A stretch of DNA of 64,000 nt from positions 7,757-71,756 of IMG/VR virus record IMGVR_UViG_3300045988_104147. One strand, written 5' to 3'. Below, in pieces: positions 39,090 to 48,300 of the stretch (within the stretch, counting starts at the first letter, position 1; every line of letters starts with the position of its first letter). The position numbers and the translations under genes are program-made. This DNA is from a virus. The notes beneath the pieces were generated by a model. That model made no database searches. It was not told where the DNA came from and saw only the letters and a program-made list of their open reading frames with translations.

Positions 39090-39611
39090 ATGATCAGAGC
39101 AAGATTTTATATTAGAAAAGACGACTGCGATAACGATTACCGTCCGGTCAAATGGCCTATAAAATATCCATATTGGTGTAGTGCAGAATCCAGTAATTCA
39201 TTTGTATTGGTGGCGTATGCTGAAGATGAAGACAGCATAAAAGAACTGTGGCCGGAGGCGTATGATATTAATGTCTTAGAGAAAGATACCGAAATTAGAT
39301 TCACATTAAGATTTCCTAAGCCGGAATGGTATGAATTATATGAAGAAATGTATGATACATTTGTGTGGATTACAGACACATGTTTGCAAGATGGTAAGAT
39401 AAGAAAAGTAAAAGCTAAAATAGAAGATTATGATGGTACTTTATTAGCCGACACCCCTAACCGGTTCACTCCTTATACGATAGGGTATCAAGCTTTTAAA
39501 AATAAAGAAGAAGCTTTGAAATATGTAGAGGAACAGAGAACGGATTTAATTAAGCATCTTAAGTTGCAAATACACGAACTTGAAAATCTAAAATTTAAAT
39601 GCGATGATTGA
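39090..39611 (+). CDS. hypothetical protein
   Basis: ORF track. Confidence 0.45.
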   Translation: MIRARFYIRKDDCDNDYRPVKWPIKYPYWCSAESSNSFVLVAYAEDEDSIKELWPEAYDINVLEKDTEIRFTLRFPKPEWYELYEEMYDTFVWITDTCLQDGKIRKVKAKIEDYDGTLLADTPNRFTPYTIGYQAFKNKEEALKYVEEQRTDLIKHLKLQIHELENLKFKCDD

Positions 39612-40862
39612 ATAATTTGATTATTTTACAAATAACGATTACATTTACGATATAAATCATTCAAATGAGATTAGTTGAAAGGCATATAGTTAAAGACAAC
39701 CGGTTTGAGGATATTTGCTTCAAATCCGGCTTGTTATATAATTATGTTCTTTACAACATTCGTCAAGGAGTCTTTTCTGGTAACTATTTAAAGGAATTTG
39801 ATTTATCAGACAAACTTTGCAAAGAAAACCAATTCGATTTCAGGAATTTACCTAATCATGTATCCCAACAGGTGATTAAACAGGTATTTAAAAACATAAA
39901 ATCCTGGATAAAACTCAAGAAGGATTTTGAAAAGAATCCTTCTAAATACGGAAATCATAGACCTCACCTTCCATCATACAAACAAGGTAAGAAACAAAAC
40001 ATGGTTGTTTTCACCAACTGCAATTGTAGGGTAAAGGGTGATAATTGTATTTATTTTGTTAAAGATATAATCAAACCTATCAAAACAAATGTAAAGAAAG
40101 ACGAACTAAAACAAGTTAGAATAATCCCTCAAGCTACATGTTATGTAGTAGAGGTAGTTTATGAAAGAAAGGAAACTGATCTTGGTTTAAACAAAGACAA
40201 TTTTCTTTCGATTGATTTAGGATTGAATAATTTATGTTCATGTATTAGTAATGTAGAAACTAATTCTTTCATTATAAACGGACGGGTTATGAAATCAGTA
40301 AATCAGTGGTACAATAAGAAGAAAGCTAAGTTGATGTCTTTTGTTGGTAATAAGGGAACTTCAAATAGAATAAGAAAAATTACTTTGTTTAGAAATTGTT
40401 GGATAGAAGACAAATTGCATAAAATCAGTAGATACATTGTAGACTTTTGTAAATCTAACAATATAGGAACAATCATCATTGGATTAAACAAAGAATGGAA
40501 AAACGAGATAAATATCGGTAAAAGGAATAACCAACATTTTGTTTCTATTCCTCATTCTAAATTGATTGATAAGATTGTTTACAAAGCAAATCTTTTAGGG
40601 ATAGAGGTAATTACTCATGAGGAATCTTACACATCAAAGATTGACCATCTTGCTTTTGAACCTCTAAAGAAACAAGAATCCTATTTAGGGAAAAGAAAGA
40701 AACGTGGATTATTCCAAAGTTCCGTTGGAAAGCTAATTAATGCTGATATTAATGGAGCTATAGGAATAGCAAGAAAAGTAGTCGGTGATTCTTTCATTGG
40801 AAAGATAATCGATAGTGGATTTGTGTTTAATCCGGTTAGAATAAATATTTTGTGATATAAGG
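39612..40862 (+). mobile_element. IS200/IS605-family tnpB-only element (IS1341-like), boundaries approximate
   Basis: tnpB ORF with a short AT-rich 5' leader that resembles the leader of the second copy; no tnpA. Confidence 0.35.
39665..40855 (+). CDS. tnpB: TnpB (OrfB_IS605) RuvC-like RNA-guided-nuclease homolog. RuvC D/E/D intact (SIDLG, HEESYTSK, NADINGA); zinc-finger cysteines absent
   Basis: split RuvC motifs in canonical order; 396 aa. Confidence 0.8.
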   Translation: MRLVERHIVKDNRFEDICFKSGLLYNYVLYNIRQGVFSGNYLKEFDLSDKLCKENQFDFRNLPNHVSQQVIKQVFKNIKSWIKLKKDFEKNPSKYGNHRPHLPSYKQGKKQNMVVFTNCNCRVKGDNCIYFVKDIIKPIKTNVKKDELKQVRIIPQATCYVVEVVYERKETDLGLNKDNFLSIDLGLNNLCSCISNVETNSFIINGRVMKSVNQWYNKKKAKLMSFVGNKGTSNRIRKITLFRNCWIEDKLHKISRYIVDFCKSNNIGTIIIGLNKEWKNEINIGKRNNQHFVSIPHSKLIDKIVYKANLLGIEVITHEESYTSKIDHLAFEPLKKQESYLGKRKKRGLFQSSVGKLINADINGAIGIARKVVGDSFIGKIIDSGFVFNPVRINIL

Positions 40863-41609
40863 TTGAATCTAATGAATAAAATGAATAATTTTAATAACAT
40901 TAACTACGCAGCAAAAGCCAGAAGAGCTTATTTGATAAACAATTTCGATAAGATTCTTAACAGCCTCAACACGCTTCATTCAACGGTTGAGACCATGACA
41001 TTATTTGTAAACGACCAGGCTTATAATTACATTCTTAAGCTAAAGGAAGTGGTTAAGGGCAGTCCTATGTATAAGCACAATATCAAGCGTCTTTTAAATG
41101 ATATGGACAAAGAGATAAAGAGGTACAATGCTTCTATCTACTACATAAATAAAGAGCGTAGTGAGGTTATAGCTGATATAACACAAGCGATGGAAGATTG
41201 CCTCATGCCATACATAGACGATCTGGCCGGCGCTATAAGGGCAGCCGTGTGGTCGAGGGGTGTGTCCGAGGAGCGGACGGAAGCGGCGGTACTGTCCCTA
41301 ATCGTATCCTCCTTGGCCACGACATCAGGCAGACTTATTTCAGGTGGATATCAGATCATGAAAGAAATGGGTGGTGGATGGGGTGGTAATCCATTTACGT
41401 TTATGAGCATTGATAAGATAAGACACTTATCTACATCATTATCTGATGCTATTACCGGTGGAGAAATAGCTCTTGAAGAAAAAGAAGCCAATGACATAAC
41501 TAAGGCAATGGATGTTTTTATTGAGAAAATGTCTGATTCGGATATTGTTGACAAGGTGATCAGCATACTCGAAGAGGCAGAACCTAAAAACAAGGAGGAA
41601 CGATCATGA
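40863..41609 (+). CDS. hypothetical protein (248 aa) bracketed by the two tnpB genes; contains a GC-rich patch
   Basis: ORF track. Confidence 0.45.
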   Translation: MNLMNKMNNFNNINYAAKARRAYLINNFDKILNSLNTLHSTVETMTLFVNDQAYNYILKLKEVVKGSPMYKHNIKRLLNDMDKEIKRYNASIYYINKERSEVIADITQAMEDCLMPYIDDLAGAIRAAVWSRGVSEERTEAAVLSLIVSSLATTSGRLISGGYQIMKEMGGGWGGNPFTFMSIDKIRHLSTSLSDAITGGEIALEEKEANDITKAMDVFIEKMSDSDIVDKVISILEEAEPKNKEERS

Positions 41610-41797
41610 ATTACTTAGATGGGTACGTAGAAGAGGTTCTTTCTGAGCCGTACTATGATGATTACGGCTCTGGGATTTTTAGGTGGTGGGTGAAAGTATC
41701 TTACGTTTGTGAAGGCATAGGAGCTGTCACTACCTTAATGTTTGATACGAGAGAAGAAGCAGAGGCTGTAAAACCAGGTTACAAATTTTTATGTTGA
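41606..41797 (+). CDS. hypothetical small protein
   Basis: ORF track; SD aaggagg; ATGA coupling. Confidence 0.35.
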   Translation: MNYLDGYVEEVLSEPYYDDYGSGIFRWWVKVSYVCEGIGAVTTLMFDTREEAEAVKPGYKFLC

Positions 41798-43150
41798 AAA
41801 TAATAGATTCTATTCTGTAATACAAATGTAATTCGTATCTTAGATATATGATTCATAGACAATATTTATAGTATTAAAAATCATGAGATTAGCATACAAG
41901 TTCAACATAGGAAACAATGAAAATATATCATCTCTGTGCAAGATTAGCAATAACTTGTACAATCAGGCATTATATATTTTCAGAGAAACACTTTCTAAAG
42001 AAGATAAGTGGTTATCCTATTTTAAACTTGATTCTATCATGAAGAATACCAAGAACTTAGATGGAAACATTAATTACAGATTACTAAAGGCTCAATGTTC
42101 TCAACAAGTTCTTCGTATTCTTGATAAGAATATAAAAAGCTATTACAAATCGGTCCAAGATTACAAAAAACATCCAAATAAGTATAAAGGGAAACCGGGT
42201 CTTCCAAGTTATAGGAAAAGAGGATCTGAGTTTAACATGTATTACACGAATCAGAATTGTAAGATTAAAGATGGGAAAATTGTTCTTTCAAAGGAACTTT
42301 CGATAGATATTCCTCAATATGAAAAGTATTCTGATTTGATTAAAGATTTTAAACAGATTAGAATAGAACCATTAGCGTGTGGATATAAGATAGAAATCAT
42401 TTATGAGGTAAAAGATACTGAAGTATCTAAAGGTAGGGAAGAAAAAGTTGCTTCTATTGATTTAGGAATAGACAATCTTGTAACATTAGTTAGTGAAGAT
42501 TTTACCTATCTTTTTAGCGGTAATTTTGTTAAATCATATAATCAGAGATTTAATAAAACACTTGCTAAATTAAATAGCATAAAGGATTTACAAAAGATAA
42601 AAGGAACAACAAAACGAATAAAGAAATTATATTATGATAAAGAACAGTACATAGAAGATGTCTTTCATAAAATCAGTAGAAAGATAGTTAATTTACTTAT
42701 CGATTCTAAGATAACAAAATTAGTTGTAGGCTATAACAAGGGATGGAAAACTGGAGTAAACATGGGAAAAAGAAACAACCAAAAGTTTACCCAAATCCCT
42801 TTTGCGAGATTAGTAAGTTATTTAGAATATAAATGTGAATTATCTGGTATTGAAATAGTTATTCACGAAGAATCATATACTTCAAAATGTGATTCATTGG
42901 CATTTGAGAAGATAGGAAAACATGATAGCTATTTAGGAAGAAGGAAGAAACGAGGATTGTTTCAATCTTCAGTAGGAAAACTCATAAATGCAGACGTAAA
43001 TGGAGCATTAAACATTATGAGAAAAGTAGTCGGTGATTCCTGTGAATCAATTTGTAGGATAATCGATAGAGGGTTATTGTTTAACCCGGTAAGGATTACG
43101 AATGTATTTTGTTAAGAAGGTGCATTCCGAGACTTATAAAGAAATGTAAT
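41798..43150 (+). mobile_element. second IS200/IS605-family tnpB-only element, boundaries approximate
   Basis: tnpB ORF with a related leader; no tnpA. Confidence 0.35.
41883..43115 (+). CDS. tnpB: TnpB (OrfB_IS605) paralog. RuvC D/E/D intact (SIDLG, HEESYTSK, NADVNGA); zinc finger reduced to one Cys
   Basis: C-terminal roughly 70% identical to the first copy, N-terminal half diverged. Confidence 0.8.
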   Translation: MRLAYKFNIGNNENISSLCKISNNLYNQALYIFRETLSKEDKWLSYFKLDSIMKNTKNLDGNINYRLLKAQCSQQVLRILDKNIKSYYKSVQDYKKHPNKYKGKPGLPSYRKRGSEFNMYYTNQNCKIKDGKIVLSKELSIDIPQYEKYSDLIKDFKQIRIEPLACGYKIEIIYEVKDTEVSKGREEKVASIDLGIDNLVTLVSEDFTYLFSGNFVKSYNQRFNKTLAKLNSIKDLQKIKGTTKRIKKLYYDKEQYIEDVFHKISRKIVNLLIDSKITKLVVGYNKGWKTGVNMGKRNNQKFTQIPFARLVSYLEYKCELSGIEIVIHEESYTSKCDSLAFEKIGKHDSYLGRRKKRGLFQSSVGKLINADVNGALNIMRKVVGDSCESICRIIDRGLLFNPVRITNVFC

Positions 43151-43182
43151 AGATTTTTATTTAATTTAATATTTTTCATAAC

Positions 43183-43662
43183 ATGGAAAAGAATTTAAAA
43201 CTCGTATGTCCAAAATGTGGCACCCCTCACCAGCCTCATTCTCCGCACACGATGGATGCAGATGGATTTGAAAGGTGTGAGATAAGAACTATCATGGAAG
43301 ACAAGGGATGGTGCTACGAATGCTCTTTTTGGCAAAATATGTACGACAAGCACAAAGACGATCCTGGATGGATTAGGATAGACGGTGAAAGCTGGGTGCT
43401 TAAGCCTATGGTAGAAAACGTACCAAACGGATGGAACAGCCTTGGATGTGGTGGAAGAAAAATGTATGTCAATATCGAAGGAAAAGGCATTGTTGCATCA
43501 AACAATTGCTGGTGTCAGGGTGATGTTTCGGATGCATTTAAGGATTTGATGCCTGATAATGCTACTTGGGCTACGAAGGAGGAATTTGACAAAGCCCCTG
43601 TAGTAGGATATATTATAGAAGGTATTGGTTTAGTTTTCACAGATAGGGTACATTTTTTATAA
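43183..43662 (+). CDS. zinc-ribbon protein (CPKCGTP...CYEC)
   Basis: ORF track plus CxxC pairs. Confidence 0.45.
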   Translation: MEKNLKLVCPKCGTPHQPHSPHTMDADGFERCEIRTIMEDKGWCYECSFWQNMYDKHKDDPGWIRIDGESWVLKPMVENVPNGWNSLGCGGRKMYVNIEGKGIVASNNCWCQGDVSDAFKDLMPDNATWATKEEFDKAPVVGYIIEGIGLVFTDRVHFL

Positions 43663-43718
43663 ATCAATTAAGGTAATTATATATCTCAATTAATTATTCA
43701 CTTTTAAAAATTATAGTT

Positions 43719-43883
43719 ATGAAAACAAAAGAAGAAAAACAAAAGAAATTTTTGACAGAATTTGAAATCAACGGGCGAAAATACGCTGGTGAAATATGGG
43801 CTACTTCTTGGGATGAGGCAGAAGATTTTGTTAAACAAAGAGCTGCAACAGAAGAAGTAGTGGGAGTTATTCCAAATGATTAA
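43719..43883 (+). CDS. hypothetical small protein (54 aa), last + strand gene before the strand switch
   Basis: ORF I translated by hand (MKTKEEKQKKFLTEFEINGRKYAGEIW...); below track cutoff. Confidence 0.3.
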   Translation: MKTKEEKQKKFLTEFEINGRKYAGEIWATSWDEAEDFVKQRAATEEVVGVIPND

Positions 43884-43898
43884 GGCAGTTATATATAA

Positions 43899-43937
43899 TT
43901 CTGCATATAGATGATAGTATAGAGTCTATATGCAGAA
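43899..43937. terminator. bidirectional terminator: perfect 12-bp inverted repeat ttctgcatatag / ctatatgcagaa with 15-nt loop, followed by TTGTTTT on +
   Basis: lies exactly between the convergent + and - gene blocks. Confidence 0.5.
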
Positions 43938-43942
43938 TTGTT

Positions 43943-44677
43943 TTAATTGTCGAACGTAACTGTCTCCGATGTTACCACATATTCACCTATACTTCCATAC
44001 GCTTTAGAATATAATTCAAGTTCTATATAAGCGGAATAGGTGGCATAGAAAGTGCCCTGACCCAACCTGGTTATAATAGGTCTGACTATTGATGTTAGGG
44101 TCAAATTTTGAAAGGATGCAGGAGAAGGCTCTGGTTCGATATTGGTTTTAACAAGTCCACAACCCCATGATGTATCTGAGCCGGTTTCGTAGATCTTATC
44201 TACAGGATCTCCTATTATCGTATCTGGGTACTCATGTTGCTCACTGGTGTAATTCATTACAATAGGATTATCATTGTTTACATTGTATTTTTTACCAGGA
44301 GCAGTATATGATATTTCACGATATGTTACATATTTCTTTTCTTGTTCTCTCACTGTAAACTGGTCAGGCAAATAAAGACGTATCAAAAAACCTAAAGAAG
44401 GAGATTCTGTTCTACCTATAATAAGTTTAATGTCATCCTTCTCTACAAGCTCTTTCGTAGATTCTGTTTGTTCGCTGATAGTCTCTTTTGTATTAGATGG
44501 GACTCCTCCTTGGATACTTATAGAACCCAGACGTTGTTTTGTGGAAAGAAAGGTAAATACACCACTTTGTGGAACAGTACCGACTATTTCATCATCTATG
44601 ATTACCCCCCCCCCTATACAGTTGCTAACTATTTGATATTCATATACTTTTAACGATGTTTCAAATCTTCTTCTCAT
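43943..44677 (-). CDS. beta-rich hypothetical protein (candidate surface or receptor-binding protein) with a G10 homopolymer at codons 22-25
   Basis: ORF track; poly-G encodes GGG in ...CIGGGVII... Confidence 0.5.
   Translation of the reverse strand: MRRRFETSLKVYEYQIVSNCIGGGVIIDDEIVGTVPQSGVFTFLSTKQRLGSISIQGGVPSNTKETISEQTESTKELVEKDDIKLIIGRTESPSLGFLIRLYLPDQFTVREQEKKYVTYREISYTAPGKKYNVNNDNPIVMNYTSEQHEYPDTIIGDPVDKIYETGSDTSWGCGLVKTNIEPEPSPASFQNLTLTSIVRPIITRLGQGTFYATYSAYIELELYSKAYGSIGEYVVTSETVTFDN
44605..44614 (-). repeat. homopolymeric tract C10 on +, i.e. G10 on the coding strand
   Basis: ten consecutive C at 44605..44614 in a genome of roughly 36% GC. Confidence 0.9.
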
Positions 44678-45135
44678 ATTCCTTTTAAGTAAGTATCAGG
44701 TGCAACAAAATTACTTATTGTCTTTATTATATGTATAGTATCTATAAAATATTTATCAACATCCATAGAAAGCTGAGGACGAAGATCTGAATCGTTTGTC
44801 TTATCTGTTATATAGAAATAGTACAGAACATCCTCCAGATAAAATGTAAGATAAATATCCCCTGTGACATTTCCATTATTGAAATAGCAATTGATGCCGG
44901 AACCGGATGGAGTCATATGGCAATCTATACTCTGGGTATCTCCCATAGTACACACGTAATTGGAACTGGCAATATCAACCGCATATTTTCCAACATTTAT
45001 ACCACCACTTTCTCTCGATCTCGTGGTAAGTATATGAACGGCATTTTTCCAAGTGGAAAGAGGTGCAGATATACTAACGGCGAAAACGGGAATTATCGTC
45101 TGAAATAAATCATATGACAAAAACCTTCTTCTCAT
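44674..45135 (-). CDS. hypothetical secreted protein (MRRRFLSYDLFQTIIPVFAVSISA signal-peptide-like N-terminus), ATGA-coupled to the downstream gene
   Basis: ORF track 44674..45225 trimmed to the Met that precedes the hydrophobic segment. Confidence 0.45.
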   Translation of the reverse strand: MRRRFLSYDLFQTIIPVFAVSISAPLSTWKNAVHILTTRSRESGGINVGKYAVDIASSNYVCTMGDTQSIDCHMTPSGSGINCYFNNGNVTGDIYLTFYLEDVLYYFYITDKTNDSDLRPQLSMDVDKYFIDTIHIIKTISNFVAPDTYLKGI

Positions 45136-45352
45136 TATTTTATTTTTTTGCAAGATAGCATTTTTTTTCATAACAAAAGAAACCAGTTCTCTATCATCGC
45201 TGACTGAGAACTGGTAAGAAAACAATTTCAGAAAAAATTAAACCTACATAACCTTTAAAGTAAGAACAAAAAAACGTATAGTCTACTCTTTGACAATGCT
45301 AAGATAGCATATTAGAGCCATATTGTAGTAATATAAGCCCAATATTCTTCGT

Positions 45353-48300
45353 CTACTTGTAGCTCACATCATCGTCTCCTTCTGAATCAGGAGTGGCACC
45401 GATGAAGAACATCATTGACTTGTTGTTCGTCTGCTGCCACCAATTATAGGCGCGTGCTACGTCTTCTGGTGTCTTGATATTATACCATTGTTTGATAAAC
45501 GTCTGTTTGGCGAGCTGCCTAAATAACTTAGACTCTCCTTTGTATGTACCGGATGTTACTTTATCAAGTGAGTAGTTCCTAAGATCGGTAAGATCCTTCA
45601 ACTTCCGTCCCATAACAAACGGGTCGTTAATGATATCAACCACATTAAGCTCCATAATAAATGGCATCTGTGAAGCTATTTCGTTTATGGTTCTGAATCC
45701 GACATAGGATCCAAATTGAGTAAGCCAACTTTCTTCGTTTTCATCATCATCACGCCATCCGGCAAGAAGCATAGATACGGCCTGCATGATAAGGAACGTG
45801 CCGGCATAGACACTGAGGCGTTTGAGATTAGTTTTTTCTACCTCATTCATATTGTCTTTATTTTCGTTCCAGGCATCTATGATGTTTTTCATACCAGACT
45901 CGGAAGCCAGGCTAAATGTTTTGGCTATCATATTCTTTAACGTAATTGACAACCCTTCCTCTTCTTGCATTGTCTGGAAATTGAAGCCACGTCTTTTCCA
46001 CAGACGTTGAGCTGCCAGCACCAGCCAGCCTCGGTGGGCGGTCATGAACCTGGCTATCCAGTTGCGCGATGCGGCAGTTCGGTTTTCTTCATTCAAAGAT
46101 CCGTTACATATCTGCGACAAGCTACGGACTTGATTCCTGGTTATAGCCATCTGGGTTTCAACTTCCTCAACAGTAACACCCGATCCCGGCTTTACAACCA
46201 CCTTTCCATCCACGACGTCTACCATACTCCATAAAGTACGATCTTTTAATGCGTTCCATTCTCTTTTTATGGTACTCTGTTCTTTATTGCGTTCTTTTTC
46301 CATCTTGAAATCTTGGAACGTGTAGAACCGACCTTTGTAATAACGAACATTGTCCATAGTAGCAATCATAACCTGCGGATCAAGAGGGTAGTTCAGGATT
46401 TCCATAAAAGCATACATAGGTGAACGCATTAAGGTCCTGGCCACTCTATTGTATCCGGCACCATACATACGATTTCGGATATTGAATATCCCCATTCTCT
46501 CACCTATGACATATAATTTGCTTTTCCTATCTATGTCTCCGGTTTCTGCTATACAAGATGGAGCAAGGCGTGAAAATTCAGCCGATGCGTATTTAAGGGA
46601 ATCTTTACTTATATACTGTCCTACGGCAGATTCCATGATGAGGTTGATATGACCTGTTAAGGCGCCGGTAGCTGCCACAAACGGGGACAGTGCCAAGTTC
46701 ATGACCGACATAAATCTTTCAACAGCCATCATAATTCTTGTAAGGTCTACCGTATATCCTCCGATGTTCACCGTAAGTTTTTTGGTGTTCATCCTAATGC
46801 CATAATAATGATCGTTGAAGAAGTCCCTGAACATCTGATATGCTTGGGTTGCTTCAGCCTTTTTACCACCTTCAAATTGTTTATTCAGTAACATCTGCTC
46901 CAGTCCTTGAGCGAGCTCTATAGACTTCTGCTTTTCGTTGTATAACGATGACTGCATCATAAGCATCGAATAAGAGTAGCCAAAATCGTGAGATACATCA
47001 TCTTGGTTCTCCAATTCATATATGTAGTATTTAGGTATAGACCTAAGTCTGTCTTCCGGATCATACACTTCTCCTTGCCTGGTTTTACCGTATAAAGAAT
47101 CGTCTACTCTGTCCAGGCACAGATCTGATACAAAATTACGAACCGTATTTTTGAAGTTAATACCCAATCCTTCTATACGTTCTATATCTTGTTTTGATAT
47201 CTGTGGAATAGCATACAGGTTCGGGCTCTGCTCTTTGTATAGATCAAGGGATTGTCTTTTTATTTCCTTGAGTTTTTGAATCATATTCCACTGCTCTACG
47301 TTTTTAGTAGCAACTTCATTACCGTCAGCATCATACTTGATACCAAAGTCATTGAAATAAGATTCATCACGATACAGGCTTTTCTTAGGCATTCGATGAC
47401 CATACCCATGATCTTTTACATAATCAGGATTACGGCCGTTATTTTCGGCTTCAGATTCAGCCACCCATGCCCTTGCAGGATCGAAAGACAGGTACGATAT
47501 GTTCATGCCATAATCTTGGGTGGATGTACCGTTTTGCACGTCCTTAACCATCTGCGCCACATCTATCTCACCTCGACCTATTTTGTCGATCATAGCCGCA
47601 TATCCGGTAGGCGCCATGCGTTTATAGTAGGAAAAGACCTGGCCCCTGGCAAATTCATTAACAATAGCATTAGCTTCTTCTACACCCTCTTCTCTTGTAT
47701 TATTTAAAAACAAGCTGGCCATCTTAGCATTAACAGCATTCCTGAAATCTCTACCGTCTAATTCTTTGCTTATACCAAGCTTTTCTGACAGGTAGTTGGT
47801 TTCAGATACGGTAAACAGATATCGGTTATCAGCAGCCTTAAACAGCTTATCCCTTAAAGCCTGAATCCTTTTTGCTTTCTTCGCCGTAGTATGACGTTGT
47901 ACGAACTTCCATTCCACTTCCTTGGAGTCAGCAAGAGCATTTAAATAAGACTGATTTACTTCGTTTTCGGCCTTACTGCTTTTAGTAAGGTACTTATCAA
48001 TATCTTCAAGACCCACCATCTTAGCATAATCTATTAAGATAGCGTAATCAGCTTCAATAGCTTCAGATGCGGCCCTAAAAGCATCTCTTTCAGATGAGGT
48101 AAATGTCGCTTCGTTAATTTCTCCGATATCAGCCACATCTCGGTTGTTTCCGATTATTTCCTTGATAATGGCCTTATTTTTTTCTATATCTTTCACAATC
48201 GAATCCACGTCAGTCGCATCTCTATCACTTGTCGTAGAACTAATGATATCATGCGCCATTTTAAGATACGAAGCCTTGTTATTTGATTCGGTGCGCGCCG

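Noticed and set aside
39612-43150. tnpA (Y1 transposase) or a CRISPR array associated with the TnpB genes
   Set aside because: The flanking ORFs (248 aa, 63 aa, zinc-ribbon 159 aa) lack HUH motifs and there are no repeats, so these are tnpB-only units.
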